Virus record (IMG/VR): IMGVR_UViG_3300035429_000044 | Span: 1 to 62,786 of that record | From: a virus | Reading direction: 5' to 3' (one strand) | DNA length: 62,786 nt | The notes under the pieces: model-generated | The model's database searches: none | The model's input: the letters and a program-made list of their open reading frames with translations, nothing else | Told to the model about the DNA's origin: nothing | Translations under genes and position numbers: made by a program | Part shown: one piece after another, positions 36,670-45,358 of the stretch | Layout: each line of letters begins with the position of its first letter | Numbering within the stretch: the first letter of the stretch is position 1

Positions 36670-36857
36670 CCATGCGTGCGATACTCTCAGCGATCTGTGT
36701 TGTGGCGGCTCTTGTGGTCGCCACGGCGTTCCCTCAAGTTATCCCGCCGTGTGAGTTTGAGGACGGCAGCGGCCAGGCTGTGTGCTACTGGGATGCAGCT
36801 ACGTCGGGGAATGGGCGTGGCGAGTCGTATCTCATGGTTGGTGGTGAGCGGCTATGA
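36666..36857 (+). CDS. Small secreted/lipoprotein-like protein (63 aa)
   Basis: It has an N-terminal signal-like segment (MRAILSAICVVAALVVATAF) and is GTGA-coupled to the upstream gene. Confidence 0.55.
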   Translation: MTMRAILSAICVVAALVVATAFPQVIPPCEFEDGSGQAVCYWDAATSGNGRGESYLMVGGERL

Positions 36858-37063
36858 GCAGATTGTTCGACGTGCTTGCCGTTGTGGCTTACGCACTGTT
36901 TGTCGGATTCATGGGCTGGAGTGCGTTGAATCCGGCGAGTGTAGATCAAACGGGATGCTTGGTGTCGTTTGGTGTGCTGTGCGCTCTGCCGGCGTTCTTG
37001 GTTGGTCAGCGTTCGCCGCGCACGCCGCGTCGTGTTTCATCCAGCCCGGTTTATCCTGACTGA
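36854..37063 (+). CDS. Small membrane protein (69 aa, two hydrophobic helices)
   Basis: ATGA coupling; segments VLAVVAYALFVGFMGW and VSFGVLCALPAFLV. Confidence 0.55.
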   Translation: MSRLFDVLAVVAYALFVGFMGWSALNPASVDQTGCLVSFGVLCALPAFLVGQRSPRTPRRVSSSPVYPD

Positions 37064-37128
37064 CTTCAATATGCTGCCGCGTCCATTTCGGTCGCGTCGT
37101 ACTGTGGACTATCGGTGAAGACTATTAT

Positions 37129-37299
37129 GTGCCGTCTGCCGGGGTGAACCGTTTCCTTTTTGGGTATCGGCTTTTCAATGCCGAGGGGAAATCGGTTCGT
37201 GCGGGTGTTCGTGCCCTTGACCTTGTGATGGATACCGACTTGGGTTGTGATTTCGCGCAGCTGCTCGAAACGAACGCTGAGATCGACGCGTTGCGTTGA
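37129..37299 (+). CDS. Possible small protein (56 aa, GTG start) or gene remnant
   Basis: It reads VPSAGVNRFLFGYRLFNAEGKSVRAGVRALDLVMDTDLGCDFAQLLETNAEIDALR, which is protein-like. It is below the track cut-off and is followed by two hairpins (37322..37353, 37380..37402). Confidence 0.3.
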   Translation: MPSAGVNRFLFGYRLFNAEGKSVRAGVRALDLVMDTDLGCDFAQLLETNAEIDALR

Positions 37300-37424
37300 C
37301 TCTCAAACCCATAGATGAAGTGAGCGGCAGCCGTAAGTGCTGTGCTGCCGCTCGATGCTGAGCATTGCCTATTGTGTCAGCCGTCTCATGATAGCAGACG
37401 GCACTAGTTGAAAGAAGAAATATC

Positions 37425-38183
37425 ATGGATAAGCGAGAGTTGCGTTCGATTGTTGAGCGTGTGGTGTCGTTTGCGGCTGGACGTGTGCCGTTTGAGGTTG
37501 AGCTCAGGTCATTCACGGTTGAGCATGGTTTCATGGATGCCGTGTTTGTGGTGGATGGTCGTGAGCTGGCGCTCGATACGTCGGCTGAGGATGAGGTGTC
37601 GGTGGCGCACATGTTGGCTGTTGAGGCTGAGTGGCGTGCGCGTGATGTGCAGCGCGGGTTTAATGTGGTGAACCTGTTGACGCAATGGTGGCGTGCTGAA
37701 GCCGGGTATGACATGGAAGATTTGCGGGATACCGCATTCAGTGTCGAGGCGATTGGTGAGAAGTTGGACGCGGTTCGTGAGCATGTCATGGCGGCTGTTG
37801 AATCGGATTCCGAATATTATAGGAATCTGTTGAAGTTGGCTGAAGTGTTGCGCGCGTATTCGGATCGTGTGAAGCTGACTGAGTTCGGTCAGATCATGCA
37901 GGGCATGGTTGAAACGGCTGTGGTGTCTGAGAATGGCACGTGGTTTGTTGAGACTGAGGACTTCGTTGGTGAGGGTGCTTGGCATCCCGAAGCGTGGAGT
38001 GAGTTCTTGGAGGACTTGGATGCGTTGCGCTCACGGTTCGGCGCTGACATGGTGGATAACCTGATTACAGTGGCGCCGGGCTTTGACCCAACGAATGAGG
38101 CGACGTGGCCGGCTGATGGTATCGCGGCGACGTTCTACGGGGACTTCCTGAAGCTGTTTGATACAGCTGACCTTGAGGCGTGA
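37425..38183 (+). CDS. Acidic hypothetical protein (252 aa)
   Basis: ORF with a GAAAGAAG RBS. Confidence 0.7.
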   Translation: MDKRELRSIVERVVSFAAGRVPFEVELRSFTVEHGFMDAVFVVDGRELALDTSAEDEVSVAHMLAVEAEWRARDVQRGFNVVNLLTQWWRAEAGYDMEDLRDTAFSVEAIGEKLDAVREHVMAAVESDSEYYRNLLKLAEVLRAYSDRVKLTEFGQIMQGMVETAVVSENGTWFVETEDFVGEGAWHPEAWSEFLEDLDALRSRFGADMVDNLITVAPGFDPTNEATWPADGIAATFYGDFLKLFDTADLEA

Positions 38184-38332
38184 GCCTTGCGGCCATTGTG
38201 TCGGGCGATAATGCGGCACGGTAAGATAATGAGCGAGGCCGCCATTCGTGGTGGCGGCCTCTGCTAATTTCCAGTCAATTCGATGTGCTCGAATTAGTTT
38301 CGAGCATATCACACAAAGGAAGTGTGATTACG

Positions 38333-38953
38333 ATGGGTAAGCATAAGAGTGTTGAAGCGCGGCGGCTTACGGAGCTTGGGCAAGGCTTGTACGCATGGTC
38401 CAAGGTGATGACGGGTATTTTTTTCAACAATCCTATGAGCGTGGCTGACTGTTCCTCTAAGGCAGCTATGCGTGAGATAGCGTTGATGGATGATACCTAC
38501 GAGAATCGTGAGCTGTTACGTGAGTCTGCATACCGTTGCGGTCTGCCTGAACGTGAGGCTGACGCGCTTGCACAGTGGGCTAAAAGCCCGGACGTGCTCA
38601 AGTATGGGCGGTCAAGCATGCGCTGTGAGCTTGCTGAGTACGTGCGGGGCACGTGGCCTGATGTTGAGGATTTGGCTGATGCGATCATGGACACTGATGG
38701 TGTTGATTCCAGTATGGTCATTGACAGCTCTAGGATGCTTCTCGAACGCGGTGACGTCCTGTTGCATGTGGCCTTGGATTGGGATGCTGCTGAATCTATT
38801 GCCATGTCTTGTCCTGATTTGGATAATCCGCCGATTGGTATTGCTATGGCTGTGAACGCTGGCGATGTTGAGCACATGGTGTGCGCCACTGTTGACCAGG
38901 CTGTAAACGCTGTGGTGGATCGTATTCATCGTCTTGATATGGAAGGAAAGTGA
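38333..38953 (+). CDS. Hypothetical protein (206 aa)
   Basis: An ATG at 38333 follows an AAAGGAAG RBS. The track start at 38285 lies inside the hairpin gctcgaa-ttagt-ttcgagc. Confidence 0.65.
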   Translation: MGKHKSVEARRLTELGQGLYAWSKVMTGIFFNNPMSVADCSSKAAMREIALMDDTYENRELLRESAYRCGLPEREADALAQWAKSPDVLKYGRSSMRCELAEYVRGTWPDVEDLADAIMDTDGVDSSMVIDSSRMLLERGDVLLHVALDWDAAESIAMSCPDLDNPPIGIAMAVNAGDVEHMVCATVDQAVNAVVDRIHRLDMEGK

Positions 38954-39453
38954 TTCAAATGGTGAAGACTGTTGAGGAAGTGTATGGTGTTGGTGCGATG
39001 CGCGGCTTTGATCCGGTGAAGGCGGCTGAGGCTCGTGAGCAGTGGATGCCGGCTGATTTGAGCGCGTTGGGTGACCCGGATAAGATGCACCCGTACTACT
39101 TGGAGAAGGCTGAGGAAGTGCGGCAACGTTTCAAGTTCGATGCTGATGCGGACATGCGTTGGTTGGCGTTGTGGGCTGAGCACTGGGATGAACTGCCGGC
39201 ACGGCAGCGGATTGCTATTGCGGATTCCACTGGGACTATCTGGGGGTTCGCGGTGCCGGCGTTGGAGCCGAGGGCGGTTGAGGTCGTGGCGCGTGAGACG
39301 TGTGACCGGCTGCGCCTTGGTGACTATGGCGAATACCCTGAGCTGGGTTTCGGGCTCGTGAGGATTGAGCAGCGTGTGTGCCGCCCGGTGGTTGTGGTGC
39401 GTGATTGGCTGTTTCATGGCCCGTCGAACCATCGTAAGGAGGTGCGGTCATGA
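38950..39453 (+). CDS. Hypothetical protein (167 aa)
   Basis: GTGA coupling with the upstream stop, after a GGAAGGAAA RBS. An alternative ATG lies at 38959. Confidence 0.65.
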   Translation: MIQMVKTVEEVYGVGAMRGFDPVKAAEAREQWMPADLSALGDPDKMHPYYLEKAEEVRQRFKFDADADMRWLALWAEHWDELPARQRIAIADSTGTIWGFAVPALEPRAVEVVARETCDRLRLGDYGEYPELGFGLVRIEQRVCRPVVVVRDWLFHGPSNHRKEVRS

Positions 39454-40061
39454 GTGGGCCGGTTGAGTATCGTGAAGCGGACGGCAAGGTTCGTGTGAAG
39501 TCGCCGTATTCTGCTGAGTTTGTCCGGTTGGCGAAACAGTCGGGCGGCAAGTGGGATGCGGCCGGTAGGGCGTGGGTGTGGGATGTGGCGAATGCCGATC
39601 TTGCGAAGCGCGCGGTGTTGGATTGTTATGGGATTGATATCAATGACGGGATTGCCCCACATTTGGTGACTGTCGAGGTGGATGCGGGCGTATTGCCTGA
39701 AGATGATGGCCGGCTGTTGTTGGACGGTGTGACGTTGGCGCGCCGGTATGGTCGTGACGATCCGGTGCGGTTGGCGTCGAACGTCGTGGTCATCGAAGGC
39801 GCGTTCCCGTCGTATGGTGGTTCGCGTGCCCATCCGGCTGTGTGTGCCCCTGAGGGTACGTGGCTGCGGGTGCGTGACGTGCTGCCGTCGCAGTTGGCAT
39901 GCTTGCGCGCCAATTACGATGCTGCCGACTGGCGTTTGGTGACGCCTGAATCGGAGCGTGTAGCCGTGTTGCGTCGTGAACGTGCGGAGCTCGTGGCGCG
40001 GCTGGAGAAGATCGACGCGGAGTTGGCGAGCCTGGACACTGAGAGTGGTGTGGAATCATGA
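39450..40061 (+). CDS. Hypothetical protein (203 aa) with a small N-terminal KxxYxxxFVxxAKxxGGKWDxxxxxWxW-type domain
   Basis: ATGA coupling. The N-terminus VKSPYSAEFVRLAKQSGGKWDAAGRAWVWDV resembles short domains seen at primase/topoisomerase termini (DUF5710-like, from memory). Confidence 0.6.
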   Translation: MSGPVEYREADGKVRVKSPYSAEFVRLAKQSGGKWDAAGRAWVWDVANADLAKRAVLDCYGIDINDGIAPHLVTVEVDAGVLPEDDGRLLLDGVTLARRYGRDDPVRLASNVVVIEGAFPSYGGSRAHPAVCAPEGTWLRVRDVLPSQLACLRANYDAADWRLVTPESERVAVLRRERAELVARLEKIDAELASLDTESGVES

Positions 40062-40930
40062 GCCGGAAGAAGGATATGATCCCGTTCTCACCTCTCTATG
40101 AGCCGTTGATTCGTGACCGGTATCGTGACAAGTATGTGGTTGAATCAGCGGCCCAGTATGCGCGGTGGCGTGGCTCGGATTCGATGCAGGGCATGTTGGC
40201 TGCGGATTATGCGGCACAATTTGAGGCTCTTGAGTCTGCCGGCATGTATTTTGCGAGGTCGGATATGGTGTCGTTGGCGGTCGCGGCGATGCTTGACGGT
40301 GACGTGCCACAGGTGGCGCCGCCTTCCCCCAGCGGGTTCCTCTTGTTGGAGGGTGGTGTGCGCCCGTTGGGACATGCTGGCGCGGATGCGCCCATGATCT
40401 ACGGGTTCCTCTGGTTCGTTGGCGTGGATGGTGGCTTGCAGTACGCGATGATTCCTGACGTGCTGTTCCCGCCGATTGGCGTGCGGGTTCCGCAGGTGCG
40501 CATGCAGGGGCACGTGAATGTGTGGCGTGACATGGCGGCGTTCAAAGAGCGTGACGTGCATGGTGCGCCGCAGGAAGAGGCGTTGCTGCGGACAATGTTC
40601 GCGTTGTGGGCTGAGCCGCGCGTGTGTGAGGTGGGTGAGCCACGTCCTGAACGGTTGGCTCGCGTGTCCTCGCGTGTGGTGGAGGCCGCGCGGCATGTGC
40701 GTGTGGTGGATGTGCGGGAGCATGACGAGCCGGAGCGTGAGGTGGCTACGGATGGCGTACGCAAGTACCGACCGTACGATCATCGGTTCATTGTGTCTGG
40801 GCATTGGCGTGAGCAAGCGTATGGGCCGAATCATAGTGAGCGGCGGCGCCAGTGGATCGCCCCGTTTGTGAAGGGGCCGCGTGATAAGCCGCTGGTGTTG
40901 AAGGATACGGTGCGTGTGTGGCGAAGCTGA
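40058..40930 (+). CDS. Hypothetical protein (290 aa), intact paralogue of 1915..2663
   Basis: ATGA coupling. The conserved basic C-terminus reads HRFIVSGHWREQAYGPNHSERRRQWIAPFVKGPRDKPLVLKDTVRVWRS. Confidence 0.75.
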   Translation: MSRKKDMIPFSPLYEPLIRDRYRDKYVVESAAQYARWRGSDSMQGMLAADYAAQFEALESAGMYFARSDMVSLAVAAMLDGDVPQVAPPSPSGFLLLEGGVRPLGHAGADAPMIYGFLWFVGVDGGLQYAMIPDVLFPPIGVRVPQVRMQGHVNVWRDMAAFKERDVHGAPQEEALLRTMFALWAEPRVCEVGEPRPERLARVSSRVVEAARHVRVVDVREHDEPEREVATDGVRKYRPYDHRFIVSGHWREQAYGPNHSERRRQWIAPFVKGPRDKPLVLKDTVRVWRS

Positions 40931-40937
40931 GAACAGT

Positions 40938-40980
40938 GAAGGGGCCGGACGCCTGTTGGGTGTCTGGCCCCTTCTGTTTT
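40938..40980 (+). terminator. Intrinsic terminator closing the + strand island
   Basis: gaaggggcc ... ggccccttc is followed by tgtttt. It is convergent with the minus-strand early operon. Confidence 0.7.
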
Positions 40981-41112
40981 GCCGTTGGCTGTGTACGCCA
41001 CTGGCTTTGTCAACTTGTTTTTTAACTGTGTTTTTGTGTCATGTTTTTCTTGCGTACGTGCGCGTTGGCGGTGTCTCGCACGGGTCTGCCGCCACACGTT
41101 TTATATCATGGT

Positions 41113-41892
41113 TTATTTATTCATTTTTAGGTACCGGTTGTAGACGTCGGAGAGCAGGTAGCGTCCGGTGGGTTCACCGTCCGGCGTGGTGGTCTGCTGG
41201 ATTTCGCCACGGTATGCCCATGTGCGGATGGTGTTGGCGTTGATGTCGATGCCGAATTGGCCGAGCATGGCCGGTAGTTCGCCGGGTTTGCCTTCCTCGC
41301 TGCTGGCGAGTAGTTGTTGGCTGGTGGCGCGGCGGAGCATGGCTGTGGTCCACGTGTTGTTGCAGTGCGGGCAGCGGGCGTCTTTGGCGTCGGGTGCGGC
41401 GTAGACGGGTTGTGCGCAGTCGGGGTTGAGGCAGTTGCCGACGTGGATGCGGGTTTCGTCCATGATGGCGATCGTGGATCGCAGCCGGTTGGTGAGCCGG
41501 TTGGTTTCTTTGGCGTAGACGGGGCTTGCGCTGGATTCCCACAGCTTGGGGTTGTCGCGCAAGAGTTGGGCTTGGCGGGCGAGGCAGCCGCGTGGCGCTG
41601 GCGGCTGGTTGAGGCATGTGGCCCATGTGTTCAGTGTTTCGAGGATGTTCCCGTCACGGTCGAGGTAGAGCAGGTCGTAGATGGTTTCGTGCAGGGGTGT
41701 GGGTGCTTCGCTGCGCCGTGCTCCCCCGTTGCCGCTCTTGTGCCCGCCGTAGGCGCGGTTGATGCGGTAGGTTTCGATGTCGGTCAGGTTGGTGGTGAGC
41801 CAGGTGAGGGTGGTGTGGGTGAGTGTTCGGCAGTCTTTGCAGGGGTTTACGGCGGTGTTGGGGGTGTGGCAGATGGTGCAGGTGGTGCTCAC
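41113..41892 (-). CDS. Zinc-finger plus C-terminal HTH-like protein (last early gene; possible late regulator)
   Basis: 259 aa. It has CxxC pairs at the N-terminus and in the middle (CPHCNN). The C-terminus reads ..IDINANTIRTWAYRGEI... Confidence 0.6.
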   Translation of the reverse strand: MSTTCTICHTPNTAVNPCKDCRTLTHTTLTWLTTNLTDIETYRINRAYGGHKSGNGGARRSEAPTPLHETIYDLLYLDRDGNILETLNTWATCLNQPPAPRGCLARQAQLLRDNPKLWESSASPVYAKETNRLTNRLRSTIAIMDETRIHVGNCLNPDCAQPVYAAPDAKDARCPHCNNTWTTAMLRRATSQQLLASSEEGKPGELPAMLGQFGIDINANTIRTWAYRGEIQQTTTPDGEPTGRYLLSDVYNRYLKMNK

Positions 41893-42410
41893 TCTTGGTT
41901 GCCTTTCTGGTTGGGGTTGAGATTGTCGAGCATGGTTCGCATGGTGTCTGCGAATCCTGTAATACCTCTGTTTGCGGTTTTTTGGGGGTTGTGAGCGTCT
42001 TTCGTGGTTAACGTGGGTGTCTTATCGTGTGCTGCCATGATAGCTCGTTCTCGGGCCTGTTTTGGCGTTTCGTTGTTCGCGAGGTGGTGGACGAGCGTGC
42101 GACGGTAGCGCAGTTCCGCCTCCGGGTCGCTGATCCCGTCCGCTTCGAGCAACCGGCACATGGTCGCCTCATCCGGCAGGCGCGCCGCCCTGTATCGTTT
42201 GCACAAGCGGTTCATGGCGGCGGCGCTCATCCATTTGCCTTCCGATGTCGCGTAGAAGTCGCGGATGGCGCGCCGCATGTCCGCCATGCTGTTGCGTGGG
42301 TCGAGTTCCGCGTGGAAGACGCGAACCATGTCCGGGTCGATGGGCGCGTTCCCGTGGTGCAAACGGATCACGGTCAGCAATTGGCTGGCTTCCTCAAGCG
42401 TGCAGCTCAT
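41889..42410 (-). CDS. Hypothetical protein (173 aa)
   Basis: ATGA-coupled ORF. Confidence 0.65.
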   Translation of the reverse strand: MSCTLEEASQLLTVIRLHHGNAPIDPDMVRVFHAELDPRNSMADMRRAIRDFYATSEGKWMSAAAMNRLCKRYRAARLPDEATMCRLLEADGISDPEAELRYRRTLVHHLANNETPKQARERAIMAAHDKTPTLTTKDAHNPQKTANRGITGFADTMRTMLDNLNPNQKGNQE

Positions 42411-42411
42411 G

Positions 42412-43011
42412 TCAGCCTTCCGGGTGGTCGCGGAAGTATTGCACCACGCCCATGTTGTGCGCGAGGTTCGCTTGTTCGCGGCTCAACCCCGGTGGTTGCG
42501 TGTTGGCGGCGGTTGTGGGGTTGCTCGCGCGCGTGCGCGTGGAGAGTGCGTTAGCACTCTTCCCACTACTACTCCTATCTCCTACTCCTACTCCTACTCC
42601 GGTAGCGAGTGTCTGGCAGTGTCTGGCAGTGTCTGGCAGTGTCTCGCGAGTGTCTGGCGAGACTTCCCGCACATCAGCCTCGTCAGGCGTGGGAAACAAG
42701 CAAACACTAGGATTGGTAATCTTCTGGTAGGTGAGGAAATTAGGCAGCCACAACAGGTGTTTACCACGCCACTCGTAGCGCACGATGCACCCCGCGTCTT
42801 CCAACTCATCCAACGCGGCTTCGATGCGTGGGATCACCTCGTCACCGTCATAGGGCATGCACGTGCCGCGAATCATGCGCGCGTTGTCCCGGTTCACGCC
42901 GTTGTCCTGCACGTACGACCAGAGGCATTCGAACACGAAGCGCGCGTCCCATGACACGTTCCCCATGCTTTCCGAGTCGTAGAACTCAGGTCTGATGCTG
43001 CGAATACGCAT
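42412..43011 (-). CDS. Replisome-organiser/DnaD-like protein (tentative) with an internal iteron array
   Basis: An ATG at 43011. The N-terminus MRIRSIRPEFYDSESMGNVSWDARFVFECLWSYVQDNGV resembles phage replication-organiser N-domains. A low-complexity linker is encoded by DNA repeats. Confidence 0.55.
   Translation of the reverse strand: MRIRSIRPEFYDSESMGNVSWDARFVFECLWSYVQDNGVNRDNARMIRGTCMPYDGDEVIPRIEAALDELEDAGCIVRYEWRGKHLLWLPNFLTYQKITNPSVCLFPTPDEADVREVSPDTRETLPDTARHCQTLATGVGVGVGDRSSSGKSANALSTRTRASNPTTAANTQPPGLSREQANLAHNMGVVQYFRDHPEG
42566..42658. repeat. Iteron-like array: five copies of GTGTCT(G/C)GC at 10-11-bp phasing plus hexamer (CTCCTA) repeats
   Basis: agtgtctggc occurs three times, followed by agtgtctcgc and gagtgtctggc (42608..42658), preceded by ctactactcctatctcctactcctactcctactcc. 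Confidence 0.85.
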
Positions 43012-43012
43012 G

Positions 43013-43216
43013 TCATTCGCCTTCCTTGCTTCCGTTCCAGGCTTTGATGAGGTCGGCGATGTTGGTGTAGTGGCCGGCGCGGATTCGTCCGCATTCGAGG
43101 CATTGGATGGTGACGATGCCACCTTCGTTCGACGCCAGTATGTGGCGTGCGAGCCGATCGCATTCGTTGGGGCATGGCTGGGGTTCGACGATGGTGTAGT
43201 CGAGTTCATTTCCCAT
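43013..43216 (-). CDS. Hypothetical Cys-containing protein (67 aa)
   Basis: Coupled ORF with CPNEC..CLEC motifs. Confidence 0.55.
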   Translation of the reverse strand: MGNELDYTIVEPQPCPNECDRLARHILASNEGGIVTIQCLECGRIRAGHYTNIADLIKAWNGSKEGE

Positions 43217-43487
43217 GATGGTGTTCCTTTCGTTGGTATTGGTGGGTTCTGAGTAGCTCTAGGGTGTCTTTTGGCGGGAGGTTGCGTGGGTCGATTGGTT
43301 CCGCGATGTAGAGGCACCGTAGAAGGGTTTCCGCTCGCCGCCACGCCGGCAGGTGGCTGTACATTCGCCAGACGCCGAGTAGTTCCTCGCTGGTTGAGCG
43401 TCGGTAGTTGGCGAACCTGTCTCGCGAGAGCGGGTAATGTTTTACGAATGCATTTGTTCCCTTGTTTTTTAATGTATTGTCTGTCAC
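43206..43487 (-). CDS. Hypothetical protein (93 aa)
   Basis: A GTG at 43487 forms a GTGA overlap with the upstream stop. The rest of track ORF 43206..43706 overlaps the preceding gene in another frame. Confidence 0.5.
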   Translation of the reverse strand: MTDNTLKNKGTNAFVKHYPLSRDRFANYRRSTSEELLGVWRMYSHLPAWRRAETLLRCLYIAEPIDPRNLPPKDTLELLRTHQYQRKEHHHGK

Positions 43488-43762
43488 GATGTTTTGTCTT
43501 CCGCGGGGAGCGTTTGGGGGAAGACATGGGTTTCTGTTTTCCCGTATCCGGTGCGTTTGATGGTGAGGTAGATCAGGATGCCGAAGATGATTACGGCAAT
43601 CAGGTCGATGGTGAGATACATGTAGTCGTGTCGTATGAGGTTCATGCCGGCGATGAACGCTTCGATGACGCCGAGGATGTAGTAGAGGCTGGCGCTGAAG
43701 AGGCATTGTGGTTTGGTGTCGAAGGTGAGGGTGGTGACCATCACGGTCTGTTGGTTGTTCAT
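43484..43762 (-). CDS. Small membrane protein (92 aa)
   Basis: ATGA coupling and two hydrophobic helices. Confidence 0.55.
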   Translation of the reverse strand: MNNQQTVMVTTLTFDTKPQCLFSASLYYILGVIEAFIAGMNLIRHDYMYLTIDLIAVIIFGILIYLTIKRTGYGKTETHVFPQTLPAEDKTS

Positions 43763-44121
43763 GGTTTGATTCCTTCCTTGAGTCGGTTGATGTGGGTTTG
43801 GACGGTTTGGCGCATTTCGGGGAGCATGCCGCGTTGTGCGAATATCCAGAAGAGGGGCCAGCCGATGTTGGATTCGTGTTGTAGCCGCTCGTATTTGAGA
43901 CCGGTCTCGTCTATGACGTGGATTGGCATCTTCTCTTTGTGGGCGATGGCATCGTCTAGGTATTCCAAGGCTTTTTCGAGGTTTTCGAGTGGTGTGTCTT
44001 TCTGTTTCCACCGCCATACGTATTTGATGACGTTGCCGATGTCGAAGCTGTACAGGCGGGCGAGTTCGATGCATTCGAATGGGCCGTCATAATGCTGCGG
44101 GTGGTGCACGTTGTCAGTCAT
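43759..44121 (-). CDS. DUF3310-family phage protein
   Basis: HPQHYDGPFECIELARLYSFDIGNVIKYVWRWKQKDTPLENLEKALEYL matches the DUF3310 pattern. Confidence 0.7.
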   Translation of the reverse strand: MTDNVHHPQHYDGPFECIELARLYSFDIGNVIKYVWRWKQKDTPLENLEKALEYLDDAIAHKEKMPIHVIDETGLKYERLQHESNIGWPLFWIFAQRGMLPEMRQTVQTHINRLKEGIKP

Positions 44122-44123
44122 GG

Positions 44124-44462
44124 TTAGTCTTCTTCCCTGTGCATGTGTGTGCGTGGGCCTTCATCGAACATGCCTCGGTCTATGTTTTTGACGTGGTTGA
44201 CGGCTCTTGCTGCTTGGATTTGGTCTTCGGTGATGTCGTAGGCGTCGCATAGGTTCACGATGGTTTGCAAAAGGTCTGCGATCTCGCTGGTGAGGGCTAT
44301 GCGGGCCGAGTGCTCGTATCCCGTCCCATGCAGGGTGATGTGTTCTTTGGCGGCTTCGACGACTTCGGCCGATTCCTCGAGAACTTTGAGCGCTTGCCAT
44401 TTGTCCATGCGCTGATGTGAGGGGTGGAAGATGGGCCATTCGCCTAAGTTGAGTGTGTTCAT
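44124..44462 (-). CDS. mazG: MazG-like nucleotide pyrophosphohydrolase
   Basis: An ATG at 44462 (ATGA coupling). It carries ..KVLEESAEVVEA...SEIADLLQTIVNLC... Confidence 0.65.
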   Translation of the reverse strand: MNTLNLGEWPIFHPSHQRMDKWQALKVLEESAEVVEAAKEHITLHGTGYEHSARIALTSEIADLLQTIVNLCDAYDITEDQIQAARAVNHVKNIDRGMFDEGPRTHMHREED

Positions 44463-44923
44463 CGGGTGTCCTTTCCGGTGTCGGCCCATTCGTCGGGGTC
44501 GAGGTGGTCGTCTTGGTCGATGTGGCGTGGGTAGATGATGTGGTCGAACTCTGTGTTGTACATGTTGAGTTCGAACCCGTTGAGGGTGCGGAACCGGTCA
44601 CGACCTTGTGCGTAGCTTTCCCAGTGGATCGCGTACGTGTTGCCTTGGTGGTCCACGTACCGGTAGAGTTTCAGTAGGTCTTCGATACGGATGAACCTGA
44701 GCGTGTCGGGGAGTACCTGATTTGGGTCTTCCCTGTAGAAGCTGTCGAGCAGTGGATGCGCTTCTTCCGCGATATAGATGATGCACTCACCGTAGAAGCG
44801 TGAATCCCTATATGTTAATGCTTCTTCGTGGTGTTCCCCGTCGGCTCCTTCCCATACGGCCCATAGGGTGATGGGTTTGGGTAGCCATCGGACGTGTTGC
44901 GGTTTGAATACGGGGATGCTCAT
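44459..44923 (-). CDS. Hypothetical protein, tandem paralogue A (154 aa)
   Basis: MSIPVFKPQHVRWLPKPITLWAVWE.. parallels the next gene. ATGA coupling. Confidence 0.65.
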   Translation of the reverse strand: MSIPVFKPQHVRWLPKPITLWAVWEGADGEHHEEALTYRDSRFYGECIIYIAEEAHPLLDSFYREDPNQVLPDTLRFIRIEDLLKLYRYVDHQGNTYAIHWESYAQGRDRFRTLNGFELNMYNTEFDHIIYPRHIDQDDHLDPDEWADTGKDTR

Positions 44924-45333
44924 GCTTGCTCCTTGTCTGGTGGGCAGATGATGTCGTGTTGGTATTGGTTGAATCGCAGCTTGTAACCGTTGAGTAGTGT
45001 GATGGTCGGCCCGGCTCCCCATGGCATGTTTGGTGCGGGCAGGAAGGCGTATGTGTTGTTATCCCGGTCGATGATGCGGGGGATTTTGGCTAGGTCTTCC
45101 ATGCGGAGGAATACGAGTGTGCCGGGTATCACCATTTCGGGGTTTTCCTGATAGTCGTCGGTGAGCAGTGGTTGGCGGTATGGCCATACCCATGTGCTGG
45201 GGTCGTTGTCGTCCTTGATCGTGACGGTTCTTTCGATGTGTTGGCCGCTGACGCTTTCCTCCCATATTGCCCAGAGTTTTGCTGGTTTGGGGAGTTTCTT
45301 GATGGCGCTTGGTGTGAATACTTGGATGTTCAT
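44920..45333 (-). CDS. Hypothetical protein, tandem paralogue B (137 aa)
   Basis: MNIQVFTPSAIKKLPKPAKLWAIWE.. and shared ..NTYA.. and ..LNG(F/Y)(E/K)L..N.. blocks. Confidence 0.65.
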   Translation of the reverse strand: MNIQVFTPSAIKKLPKPAKLWAIWEESVSGQHIERTVTIKDDNDPSTWVWPYRQPLLTDDYQENPEMVIPGTLVFLRMEDLAKIPRIIDRDNNTYAFLPAPNMPWGAGPTITLLNGYKLRFNQYQHDIICPPDKEQA

Positions 45334-45358
45334 TGGTTGGTTCCTTTCATGATTGGGG

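Noticed and set aside
43271-44092. 273-aa + strand ORF in the early region
   Set aside because: It is antisense to four coupled minus-strand genes, including a DUF3310 protein, and has no independent support.
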